From assembly GCA_963789955.1 (NCBI GenBank), contig CAWBMV010000034.1, forward strand, positions 1 to 64,000: 64,000 bases of DNA, in the 5' to 3' direction. The translations under genes were made by a program, and so were the position numbers. Origin of the DNA: an uncultured Candidatus Rokubacteria bacterium. GTDB taxonomy: Bacteria; Methylomirabilota; Methylomirabilia; Rokubacteriales; CSP1-6. The notes under the pieces were generated by a model. The model saw only the letters and a list, made by a program, of their open reading frames with translations. It did not search any database and was not told the DNA's origin. Shown piece by piece: positions 1 through 10,392 of this stretch (position 1 is the stretch's first letter; each line of letters begins with the position of its first letter).

Positions 1-48
1 CGACGCGTGCCGGTCGAGGCCGTTGTTCGAGCCCTGTGAAAAGAGAAA

Positions 49-126
49 GACTCCTGACCTTCTGTCCTCCTGATCTTGTGTTCAAATTCCCCGATGCCGA
101 AGAGATCTTCTGATCTCCTGATCTCG
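49..126. repeat. Degenerate octamer (CTCCTGAT/CTTCTGAC) intergenic repeat arm
   Basis: ctcctgaccttctgtcctcctgatcttgtgttcaa...gaagagatcttctgatctcctgatctc; same motif family as 1505-1702 and 12387-12662. Confidence 0.6.
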
Positions 127-127
127 C

Positions 128-1364
128 TCATTTCTCCGCAGCCGGGATCTTGAGCAACACGTAAGTCAGATGCTTCCCCTGCGGCACGAGGAAGCTGTGC
201 GGGATCCGGCCGGGATGTGTACCAATGTCGCCGGCGCCGAGCGGATGACGCTCGCCACCGCTGAGCCCCGTGCCGACGAATTCACCAGGCTCGGTTGTCC
301 TCCGCCCCGGCCATCATCCCGCCCAGCATCAGCGTCCCTCGCCGCTCTTCACGTAGACGATGTCGATGATTGTGTCGTGCTGCTCGGGATTGCCGTCGAG
401 ATAGAGCATGCGGAAGCGGTGGCTCTTGTAGTCGGCGAGCGTCTCGCGCGACGAGTAATCCGCGCCGACGTGCTTCGAGAGCTCCTCGTCGTGCTTCATG
501 AGGTCGCCGCTCTTCCAGAGCGCGAATGTCGGAGCCAGCGCAGCGAGGGCTTCGCGGTCGACGGGCCGCGGGTCAGCGGCCTGATCCACACGTTCCGGTA
601 GCGGACCGGGTTGCCGTAATCCTGGAGCGCGAGGGGCCCCTTCGCCGTGTCGGGTGTGTAGGCGCCGATCTGCTTATGCAGGGTCGGCCCCCAGAACGTG
701 GCGCCGTTCTGGACGACGACGCCGTTGTGGACGACCGTCACCGACGCCGGCCGGTCGAGGGTGGCGCCGGCCTTGAACCGCGGCGCGGTGGAGGGCGATG
801 TCGTAGACGTTGCCGCTGCCCGGCGGCCGCGTACACGTTCGCCGGCCGCGGGTAGCCGTAGAGCACGGCCTGGCCCTGGGAGTAGGTCGGGTTCTGATAG
901 CTGTCGAGGACCTGCACCTCGAACTTGCCGAGCAGGAAGACGCCGCTGTTGCCGCGCCCCTGGCTGTCGCCCTTCACGTCTCGGGGCGTCGCGAACTCGA
1001 CGTGCAGTTGGAAATCGGTGAACTCGGCGCGCGTCCGCATCCACACCCTTGCCGGTCTCGACCACGCCGTTGGTCATCGCCCAGGTCGCGGGGGAATCCG
1101 TCCATCATCTGCCACGCGTTGAGATCGTCGCGCGTGCCGATGAGCACGGTGGCGTCGGCGGGAGGCGGCACCGGGTTGAGCGCCCGCCGGCCCGGGCGTG
1201 ACCACCGGAGGCTGCGGGCGGGTGCCGTCGTGGATGTGCCACCGGCCGTCGGGCTGCATCGGCGTGTCGTCGTAGCCGAGATTGGCTTGCTGCCCGCCCG
1301 CGGCCACCGCGAGCGTGAAGACCATCGCCAGGCTTGCGGCCCCGATATGTTCCCGGATTGTCAT
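128..1364 (-). CDS. Secreted DUF1080 (3-keto-disaccharide hydrolase-like) domain fused to a C-terminal cupin; several frameshifts
   Basis: Stitched across frames: signal peptide and GYDDTPMQP, DFQLHVEF..GQ/RGNSGVF..FEVQVLDS, LQDYGNPVRYRNVWIRPL, then a cupin part EQHDTIIDIVYVKSGEG..IPHSFLVP; stop at 128-130. Confidence 0.7.
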
Positions 1365-1504
1365 GATGCCTCCAGCGGCTGCGATCAGCCAGAAACGCCG
1401 TCCGAGCTGCGCGCATCATGAACCGAAGGCAGGCCCGGCGCAATCCTTCGGCGCCGGCGGCCTCGTCGGACGCCGGTTCCCGATCCGCTGCGATCGCGCA
1501 TCGG

Positions 1505-1702
1505 TGAACAGGAGGTCAGGAGGTCAGGAGGTCAGGAGGCCGCAAGCTGGCGCAGCGGTTGCGTGACTCGATTCGGCGGGCGCCGCGCAGCGGCGCGCAC
1601 GGTCGTCGGCCTGCGAAGCAGGCCGCCCGCCGAATCAGTAGGGTGTGTGGCCTCCTCCTTATCTTCTAATCTTCTGATCTTCTGATTGCTGATCCCCTGT
1701 TC
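1505..1702. repeat. Structured intergenic element: (CAGGAGGT)n left arm, GC-rich hairpin core, (CTTCTGAT)n right arm
   Basis: gaacaggaggtcaggaggtcaggaggtcaggagg ... gattcggcgggc...gcccgccgaatc ... tcttctgatcttctgat...cccctgttc. Confidence 0.7.
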
Positions 1703-1812
1703 CCCGCGGGCGATCGCAGCGTAACGGTGACCGTCCCCAATTGCAGACGCTCTCCTTGTCTCAGGAGTTCGGCGGCCTCCCCGGCTGAAATGGTCGCCTG
1801 AAGCCGGGCGGG

Positions 1813-2235
1813 TTGATGTTTGCCGGCGACCGTCGGGTACGCTTCACGTCGATGTGGCAGCCGAACAGCTCGCAGTGGTGGATGCTCGCCATCTTCTCGG
1901 TGTTGATCGTCGCCGCGTGGCCTCCCGGTGACGGCAAGAGCCTGGCAGCGAAGTTCGTCAACTGGGTGGTCGATCCGACGAACCAGCTGCCGACGCTGCC
2001 CGATCAACTCGCGCTCGGCAGCGGCGACGATCCCGACGCGGTGAACGCCCGCGACACGCAGGTGCAGCAGTACGACGCGCTGTATCTGAAGGGCGGATGG
2101 ACGAGAAAGCGGTTCGAGCTGAAGGTCGCCGGCGACCCGTTCGATCCGGGAACGGAACGTCAGCTGCTCACTGTCGCGGCTGTGATCCTCGCGCTGGTGG
2201 GCTGGCGAATGGGAGCGCGTGGGAGTCGGGGCTAG
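1813..2235 (+). CDS. Hypothetical membrane protein (N- and C-terminal hydrophobic helices)
   Basis: Intact ORF with typical codon usage and TM segments WWMLAIFSVLIVAAW and LLTVAAVILALVGW; true start may be ATG 1852. Confidence 0.65.
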   Translation: MMFAGDRRVRFTSMWQPNSSQWWMLAIFSVLIVAAWPPGDGKSLAAKFVNWVVDPTNQLPTLPDQLALGSGDDPDAVNARDTQVQQYDALYLKGGWTRKRFELKVAGDPFDPGTERQLLTVAAVILALVGWRMGARGSRG

Positions 2236-2250
2236 ATGCCAGCGGCTAGA

Positions 2251-2281
2251 TGCTGGTTGCTAGACGTCTTAGCAACCAGCA
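2251..2281. terminator. Perfect 12-bp hairpin between convergent genes (possible bidirectional terminator)
   Basis: TGCTGGTTGCTA-gacgtct-TAGCAACCAGCA between stops at 2235 (+) and 2288 (-). Confidence 0.5.
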
Positions 2282-2287
2282 ACTGAC

Positions 2288-3362
2288 TCAGTCGGCGGAT
2301 GGGCGCGTCGTGCCCTTGATCGTGATCTTTTCGACCGTCCAGGTCGAGCAGTCTCCCTTGTAGATCACATTCTCAGACTCGCAGTGCAGTTCGTGCACGA
2401 GGCAGCCGGCCTGCCCGTGACCCAGTCCGGTCTGCGCCCAGCCGATCAGGTTGCCGTTCAGATCCAGCTTGTAGATCTTCCCGTTGCCGTCGCCGCTGAA
2501 GAGGTACTGCGTCGGCCCGGGCGTCATGCAAACGGACCACGGCGCACCGATGTTGGCGAAGGTCTTCTGAAGGTTCAGCTCGGATCGATAGACCTTGATC
2601 CGGCGATTGCCGCGGTCGGCGACGTAGATGTTGCCCCTGGCGTCCGACGTGATGCCGTGCGGCGTGTTGAACTGGTCCGGCCCGGCGCCGCGGTGCCGAC
2701 GGCCTTCACCCAGCGGCCGTCCTTGGTCATCTTCGCGACGCGCGAGTTGTTGTAGCCGTCGGAGACGAAGATGTTGCCTTGCGAATCCCAGTCACGTCGG
2801 TGGGACGATTGAAGGTGCCGGGGTTGCCGACCGGGTAGCGCACTCTCGGTTTTCTCGCCGCGTTCGTAGGTGCTCTTCGAGATAGTCGATGGCTCGGTCT
2901 TCCGTCCGAGCACCATCGCCACGTTGCCCTGCGGGTTGAACTTGACGACCATGTTCGCGCCTTCGTCGGTCATCCAGACGTTGTCGTCCTTGTCGACACG
3001 GACGGTGTGCGCGAACGACACGGCGTAGTTGTCCGGCCCCCACTGCTTCACGAACTTCAGGTTCGGATCGAACTCGAACAGCTGCGACGCGGTGGCGCCC
3101 TTCGCCGGGCCGGCGTTGCCGCTGCGAGTGAACACGAACAGGTGTCCCTTGGAATTCTTCGCCACGCCGACGGCCTCGCCGATGGTGTGGCCGGGGATGA
3201 CCAGCGTCAGCACCTCCTCGGTGACCTGGAGCTGGGGCGTGGCTTTCTCGAGCTCCGCCTGTTTGGCCATCGCGGCCTGCTGTTCAGGGCTCGGCCCCCA
3301 CGCTGCGCGGTGACGACGACGCTGAGCAGAAGCACGATAAAGACGATCATGGACCGTTTCAC
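2288..3362 (-). CDS. Secreted NHL-repeat beta-propeller (peptidyl-alpha-hydroxyglycine alpha-amidating lyase-like family); frameshifted
   Basis: GVAKNSKGHLFVFTR, FAHTVRVDKDDNVW, WDSQGNIFVSDGYNNSRV; GTG start after AAGGAGG. Confidence 0.8.
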
Positions 3363-3465
3363 GAGACCCTCCTTGTGTTCCTGGACGATTAGTCGTTCTC
3401 ATCTCTTCCGTCCGACCGGGCCGGAACGCGACTCCGTTGGGGAGGTGATAAAAGACGGACGTACG

Positions 3466-4516
3466 TCAGGCCGACCGGGCGAGCCGCGGCAGCAGCCTCA
3501 CGGCGTTGTCGCGCTCGATCGCGCGCAGATCGCTCTCGCTGAAGAGGCGGAGATCCGCCAGCGTCTTCGCGACGTCGAGGCTGGTGCCGCCAGGCGGAAA
3601 ATCGGTGCCGAACAGCACCTGCGCGCTGGTCACGAGCTGCAGCAGCGACGCGATCGCGCCTTTGTTCGCCGCCCCCGCCAGGTCGTAGTAGAACTTCTTC
3701 AGCTCGTTCATGAAACCGTTCGGCAGGCGATCCTTCGCGTTGTTCGACGCGCCGTCGATGCGCCCCGCGAGAAACGGCGCCGTGCCGCCGGCATGCGACC
3801 AGATGAAGCGGATGTTCGGGAAAGCGCGCGGCGTCGCCGCTGAAGGTCACGCCCATGATCGCGCGCGTCGTGTCGGTGCCGTACTCCATGCTGCCCGGCC
3901 CGACGCCGGGCGCGTAGTCGAGATTCCGGCAGCAGTTCGCGGCGGTCGGGTGCACGTGGACGACCGCCTTGCGCCGATTCAGCTCCTCCATCACCGGGCG
4001 ATAGGCCGGCGTTGCCGAGCCACGTGTCGCCGTAGCTGGTCAGCAGGCCGACGCCGTCGGCCTTGAGCGTGTCGTAGGCGTACGCGATCTCCTTCGAGCG
4101 TCGCGTCGACGTCGGGCAGCGGCATCGACGGCGAACAGCCCGAACCGCGTCGGATGATCCTGCACCAGCTTCGCGCCGTAGTCGTTGCAGGCGCGCGCGA
4201 GACGTCGCGTGACCGCCGCGTCGCCGAACCACAGCCCGGGATTGGTGATCGAGACGACGGCGGCGGCGACGCCGCCGCGATCCATGTCGTCGATCGACTT
4301 GGCCGGCGTCCAGGTGGTGTTCGCCGGTTGCAGCAGCGGCCGCCCCTTGACTTCGGCGACCCATGCCGGCGGCGCGAAGTGATGGTGGATGTCGATGCGG
4401 CCGGCCCGTGCCGGCGCGGGCTGAACGCCGCCGGCAGGCGCCGTGCGCCGGCCGTCGCGGCGAAGCCCAGCGACGCGAGCGCGCCGTCAGGAACTGTCGT
4501 CGATCAGCGTCGTCAT
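3466..4516 (-). CDS. Amidohydrolase_2 family protein with Tat-like signal; frameshifted
   Basis: DRRQFLT, an IDIHHH metal motif, VHVHPT and FYYDLA..QVLFGTDFP across frames. Confidence 0.8.
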
Positions 4517-4536
4517 CAATGCGTCGATCGTGAATC

Positions 4537-6247
4537 TCAGCGCGCCGCCGTGGCGGCTGGCCGCGGGTCGAGCGGCTCCAGCTTGACGATCGACGCGCCG
4601 TGATTGTTCCCGACCCAGAAGGTGACCGGCGTCGTCGAGTTGTCGACGAACACTCTCCGGACGTTCGTCTGCGCCGGCAGGAGGTACTCGATGAACTGCC
4701 CGGTCTTCGGGATTCAGGCGCAGGATGCGATCGTTGTACTCGCCGCCGGACCACACCTCGCCGTTCTTGTCGACGGTCACGTCGTAGGGCCACGCGCCGG
4801 GCGTCGGCGGCGCCCACTCCTGGAAGCGTTCGCGTCCTGGTGTCGAACATCCCGATCCGATCGGCGCGGTTCTCGCCGAACCAGAGGCGATCCTGCGCGT
4901 CCATCATGCCGCGGCGCGGCCCTGACCCCGGCGTCGGCGTCTTGTAGATCGTGATCGCGCCGGTTCTGCGCGTCGATCTTTCCGACGTCCTCGGCGCCCA
5001 TCACCAGGAAGAAGCCGTTGTTGCTGGAATCGGGAATCACGTCGTAGACGTTGGGACGCGGAATCTTGTACGGCTCGAAGACCTCGAACGTGCCGGACTC
5101 CGACGTCGAGCCGCAGGACGGTGTAGGTGCCGGCATCCTGAAGCCAGACCTTGCCGTCGACGTGATGTCGATCCGGGCTCACCTGATTGATCTGGACGTG
5201 ATCGCCGTTCAACGCCGGCGGCAGGCTCCAGGTCTGGAACTTCTCCGTCTTCCTGTCGAACTTCGCGATGCCTCCCTGGAACTGCAGGCCGAGCCACAGG
5301 TTCTCGATCGTGGTCGAACCGCATGCCGAGGATGCCGGTCGGCGCGGCCGGCTTCAGCAGCGGGACCTCGGTATTCGGTGACCGTTGCCGGTTCTCGGAT
5401 CGAGCTTGCCGAGGATCTGTTCGCCGAAGCTCGCGTACCACGCCATGCCCTGCCGAATCGACGATGACGTCGTGCGGCTGTCTGGTTCGTTTCGGCAGGT
5501 CGTATTCGGTGTAGATGACGCGCGTCGCGTTGCCCGTCGGACGCGGGAGCGTCTTGAAGCCGTAGCTCCACTGCGGGCCCGCGCTCAGGTTGATGCTGCT
5601 GAGGTACTCGGCCTGACGCCGCCGCGCCTGCTGCTGTCGCTCGGCCTGCACCGCGCCGCCGCCGATCCGCGGCGCCGGCGTTCTCTGCGGCATCAACGGG
5701 AACGCGAGCGGCGGGTAGCCGGCCATCCGTTCGATGACCGCGACGAATTCGATTCGCGTCGTGCCGCGATCGCGTCACCAGCTCCAGCGTGTGGCAGTGC
5801 GCGCAGCCGCGCATCGACGCCTTCTGCTCGTCGGTGCCTGGCATGCTCGCGAGCCATTCCGCGTTCGTGAGCTGCGACGCGACGTCGCTCGCCTTGCGAA
5901 GCTTCAGATCCGCGGTCGACGCGTGCCGCTCGCGAATCGGCACGGTGAGCGCGCGCTCGAGCTCGTACCCGATCGCCCGGATGCGAAGCGCGTACTCGCC
6001 CGGTTCGAGCCGCGCGCGCGGAAACTCGGTAGCGCCCCTGCCGATCGCTGACGACGGTGGTCGTCACTGTCGAGCCGGTCCTGCGGGCGCTGACGAGCAC
6101 GCCTTCCATCGGCCCTTCCTCGGCGGAGGTGACCTGCCCGGTCAACGCGACGGCGTTGTCGCCGGCGACGACGGTAACGGGACGCGGAAGATGAAAACCA
6201 GCGGAGAGCGAAACCATCACCGCGAGCAGCCCGAGTCGAGTCTTCAT
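4537..6247 (-). CDS. Secreted carboxypeptidase-regulatory-like domain + CxxCH + Vgb (virginiamycin B lyase)-type propeller protein; frameshifted
   Basis: GQVTSAEEGPMEGVLVSA, LTNAEWLASMPG..GCAHCHTLE, TEYDLP..QPHDVIVD, MDAQDRLWFGENRADRIGMFD. Confidence 0.75.
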
Positions 6248-6290
6248 TGCAGCTCCCCCGCGCGAACCCTAGCACGACCTGCTCCGCGCG

Positions 6291-6432
6291 GTCGAGTGGG
6301 TCGAGTAGGTCAGGTGGGTTGGTTGGGTTCGAGTTCACGGGGCAGGTGGTTGGTCGAGTGGGTTCAAGGTTGGCAGGCGAACCCTTTCACGCGAACCCAA
6401 CCAACCCACCCGACCCACGCGACCCACAAGAC
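6291..6432. repeat. GGGTTGGTTGGGTTC/GAACCCAACCAACCC self-complementary element, copy 1
   Basis: Internal inverted arms; resembles the reverse complement of 6961-7110. Confidence 0.7.
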
Positions 6433-6933
6433 TCAGTTACAGCGGACGACCTTCTCCTTCGGATGTCCGGTGTACGACACGATCCGCCATCCGTCCTTCG
6501 TCCTGCCGAGGAGATAGGTGACGCCGCCGACCGACATCACGCTGCCGTCCTTCTTGTAACGGGTGTTGTAGCCGCTGGCGAGCGCCGCGTTGGCGTTCAG
6601 CACGCAGACGTTCTCGGTGGTGAAGATCGACTTGCCCCAGCCGTTCTGCACCAACTGCTTGAGCGAGGCGTCGAAGCGGGCGAACGCCTGTTCCTTGGTC
6701 AGATCGGCCTCGGGCCCGTTGCCGCCGATGATGATCCACGGCGTCATGTAGATTTCCTCGGGCAGCGCTTTCATGTTCTGCTCGGTGAAGAGGCGGTCGT
6801 ACTTGTCGACGGTCGCCTTCACCTCAGTCGTCACTTTCGCGACGTCGACCGGCGGCTGTTGCGCACCGACAGGCGCGACGCTGATCAACATCACCGAGGT
6901 TGCACCTATCACGGTCAGAAGCCGTCCCAACAT
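6433..6933 (-). CDS. Secreted NTF2/SnoaL-like protein
   Basis: Intact ORF with signal peptide; C-terminal TRYKKDGSVM..TYLLGRTKDGWRIVS typical of the NTF2-like fold. Confidence 0.7.
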   Translation of the reverse strand: MLGRLLTVIGATSVMLISVAPVGAQQPPVDVAKVTTEVKATVDKYDRLFTEQNMKALPEEIYMTPWIIIGGNGPEADLTKEQAFARFDASLKQLVQNGWGKSIFTTENVCVLNANAALASGYNTRYKKDGSVMSVGGVTYLLGRTKDGWRIVSYTGHPKEKVVRCN

Positions 6934-6960
6934 CTGTCCTCCGTTTCACAACCGATGCGT

Positions 6961-7110
6961 GTCGCATGGGTCGCGTGGGTCAGGTGGGTTGGTTGGGTTC
7001 GCGTGCAAGGGTCGCGAGGTCCAACCCGCCAACCTGTTACCGACCCCACCAACCCTTCAACCTATTCACCTACCCAACCAACCCACCCGCTCCCACCAGA
7101 CCCACTCGAC
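6961..7110. repeat. Same element as 6291-6432, copy 2, inverted orientation
   Basis: gggtcgcgtgggtcaggtgggttggttgggttcgcgtg ... cccaaccaacccacccg...acccactcgac. Confidence 0.7.
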
Positions 7111-7126
7111 TCTGCGAGCGGCGCGA

Positions 7127-9940
7127 TCACCACGCCGAGCTTGATGCCCACGCGCGCGACGCGAGGCGGTGTGATTGCCGACGGGAACAGCCACGCGCTG
7201 CCCGAGGTCGTCGTCAGCGTCTGCGGCTCGTTCTTATTGAAGATGTTGTAGACGTCGAAGAACGCGCTCACCCTGCGGCCGGTGACGTTGAACACCTTCT
7301 CGGTGCGGAGGTCGAAGAGCGTCAGGTGCGGTGTCCGCTCGTCGCCGACGCTCTCGGCCTTGATCGTCACCGCCGAGCTGTAGTTCAGCGCGGTCGTGAA
7401 GGTGCGGGCGAAGGCGGTGCCCGACTGGTGCCGCACGATCGGCGTCACCCGCACGTTTGTACGGCAGCGTCAGCGTCGCGTTGATCTTCGCCTGCCAGGT
7501 CGTGAACTCGTTGTTGCCGTCGACGGTGTTGATGAGGAGATTCGGCGTGGCGTTGGCGGCAATCGCGCCCTCAAAGTTCCAGGTTCGCGCGAAGCTCGCG
7601 AGCAGCGACCAGCTCGAGGTCTGGCGCCGCGTCGCGGTGATCTCCCAGGTGTAGTAGTTGCGATCGGATCCCGGGCCGAGGTTCAGCGTCCGGTTGACGA
7701 CCGGAAGCGAGAGGAATTCCGGCGCCAGGTTGTAGGCCGTCAGCGGTCCGCCATCGTCGGCGGTGTTGAGCCGACCGTCGGGACCGACGTCACGAATCGT
7801 GACCGGCACCGTGTAGGCCTCGAGCGGACGGTTGATGTTCGTCTGTCCCGTCAGCTGCCGTCGTCCATTCCAGACCACGCCGGTGCGGACGCCGAGGTTC
7901 GGCGCCGCCTCGTGCTCGATAAACGCCATCACCTGATGCGCGTAGGTGTTCTGGATGTCCGGGTCGTAGACGGTGGCCGCGGTGCCGCCGGTCGCCGAGG
8001 TCGGGTTGCCCTGCTGCTCGCCCGAGTCCCAGCGTCCGTTGGCGTTGGTATCGCGCCAGGTGTAGAATCTGGCGCCACGTCGCCGGGTTCGGGTTGATGT
8101 TGTTCGCGAAGTCGGCGGCGGGATAGAGCCAGTACCGGCCGTAGTTGAACTTCAGCACGGTCTTCCCTCTGCCGCTGATGTCGTAGCTGGCGCCAAGGCG
8201 CGGGCCGAAGTTCCGCCAGACGAGGATGTTGTCGACGGCGGCGAAGTTCTGCCCCGCCGGCCCGACCTGCTCGGGCAGGAACGGCTGATACCGATCGAGG
8301 CGGACGCCGAGATTGAGCGTGAGGCGATTGTTCACCTGCCACGCGTCGTTGGCGTAGACGGTCGTCGCCCACAGCCCGGTCTTCGAGTTGACCGGCGATT
8401 GATAAAGGTAGACCTGGCTGGGCGTGTTGTTGTTGAAGACCGAGACGCAGTTGCACGGATCGCCGAAGCCGCGGAACGGCTGGTCGAGCCGATCGAGCAT
8501 GAACTCGCCGCCGATCTTGAAGTTGTGCGAGCCGGCCCAGTCGCTCTTGAAGTAGCTGAGCGCGGTGTTGACCTGCGGGCGAAACCGCTCGTTGTCGATG
8601 CCGAAGACGCCGCCGGAGACGAAGTTCGTACTGATGTCCTCGACCCGCGGCCCGCTGCTCTTGAAGTTGCGATACCAGAACGATTTCATCGCTCCGCCGC
8701 GGACCAAAAGGAACATGCGGTCCGACAGCGTGCCGTTGTACTCGGCCTTGGAGATGTCGTTCGGATAGCCGGAGCTCCACACCGTGTCGGCGTGCATCAC
8801 CGCGGTGGTGTCGCGACCGGTCGGCAGCGCGATCGCGCCGAGGTAGTCGGGCTGCACCTTGCCGGCGTGCTGGTAGTAGCCAATCAGCTTGTGATTCCGT
8901 CCGAGGTTGGCCGTGCCCTTGGCGCTGTAGACCGGCCCGTAGGTGTGCTGGATGTCGTCGACCAGGGTCGGGAAGCGGAGGTCGGCGACGTTGTTGCGGT
9001 AGCCGAAGTACCACCACAGCCGATCCTTCTTCACGTAGCCGCCGATGTCGGCGGTGAAGTCGCGGAAGAGCGAGAGGCGATTCAGGTCGCGGGCGTCGAG
9101 GAACTCGCTACCCTTCACGCCCGCCGCGATCTGCGCATCGTCGATGTTGTGCGCCTCCATCGCGTCGTTCTCGAAGTCGAAGTAGACGTTGCCGTGGTAG
9201 GTGTTGCTCCCCGACTTGCTGACGAAGTTGCTGAAGGCGCCCGGCGTGCCGACTTCCGCGGTGTTGCCGACCGCGGTCACCGAGATCTCCTCGAACGAGG
9301 AGAAGTCGGTGTAGTACATCTGGCCGGAGCCCTCGTTGACGAGGATCCCCTCCACCTCGTTGCGCTCGCCGCCGCCGACGCCGTATGCCTGGAACCCCTG
9401 CTGCGTCCACGCGGTGCTGCCGCCGACGTCCATGCGCGACATCGCCACGCCGGGCGTCTGCGCCGCAACCGCCCACGCGTCGCGCGAGCCCGGCAGTTCG
9501 GCGAGCCGCTCGCTGTCGAAGTTGTTCGCCACCTTGGTGGACTGCACGTCGACGACCGGCGTCGCGCCGCTGACGGTGATGCTCTCGTTGAGCCCCCCGG
9601 GACTCAACTCCACGTTCACCGTTGCGATGAAGCCGACGCCGACGCGGATCCCCTCACGCGCGATCGAGCCGAACCCGGCAAGCTCGAAGGCGAGCTTGTA
9701 GTCGCCGATCGGCACGCTGGAAAAACGAAAGAGGCCGTTCTGATCGGTCACGGCGACGCTGGTGCCCATCAGCGACGGGCCGGAGAGGGTGACGGTCACA
9801 CCCGGCAGCACCGACCTGGTGCTGTCGGTGACGGTGCCGTTGATCGCGCCGGTCGTCGAGGTGACCGTCTGCGCGGCGGCCACGGGCGCGAAGCAGGCAA
9901 GAGACACGACGAGGGACAACACACGCGTCACGGTGGCCAT
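7127..9940 (-). CDS. TonB-dependent receptor with N-terminal carboxypeptidase-regulatory-like domain; frameshifted near C-terminus
   Basis: GAINGTVTD..LPGVTVTL, ESITVSG, DAWQVNNRLTLNLGVRLD, FGPRLGASYD..GKTVLK, FDVYNIFN..PRVARVG. Confidence 0.85.
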
Positions 9941-9975
9941 CTCGCTCCTCCTCGATTGAAGCTACGCAGCTTCTT

Positions 9976-10392
9976 CTATTTCTTCTTCACGAACTTCATC
10001 GTCGCCAGCGCGGCCTTGCTCTCGATCTCCTTGTCACCGGCCGGGAACCCGTTGGTCTGAATCACGTAGGCGATGATGTCGAGCACTTCCTTTTCGCCGA
10101 GGCTTCCGGGCGCATCCTCCGGCATCGTCGTCTGGATGCGGGTGAAGAAGCCGCCGACGTCCTTGTTCTCCCACTGCGTCAGGAACGCGTCGCCCCAGAG
10201 CTCCGGTCCCATCGTGCCGCCGTCGTGGCACGAGGCACACTTGCCGTCGTAGGATGCGCGGCCGCGCTTCGACTGCTCCTGGCTGTAGACCTTGTCGCGA
10301 ACCGTCCCGTCCGAACCGGCCGGCTGGCCCGACGCTGCCGCGGCCACGCCCGCGGCCAACACGCCTGCGATCACTATCCGCTCGACCTTCAT
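9976..10392 (-). CDS. Periplasmic c-type cytochrome
   Basis: Signal peptide, CASCHD heme motif, distal TMP Met; start overlaps stop of upstream PQQ dehydrogenase (ATGA). Confidence 0.85.
   Translation of the reverse strand: MKVERIVIAGVLAAGVAAAASGQPAGSDGTVRDKVYSQEQSKRGRASYDGKCASCHDGGTMGPELWGDAFLTQWENKDVGGFFTRIQTTMPEDAPGSLGEKEVLDIIAYVIQTNGFPAGDKEIESKAALATMKFVKKK

Noticed and set aside
1505..1540. Short tandem repeats as a CRISPR or phase-variable tract
   Set aside because: They have an 8-nt period, are intergenic and form one arm of a larger inverted element.
8399..10060. Long antisense ORFs such as the 553-aa plus-strand ORF
   Set aside because: These are typical high-GC shadow frames opposite well-supported genes and carry no recognisable motifs.
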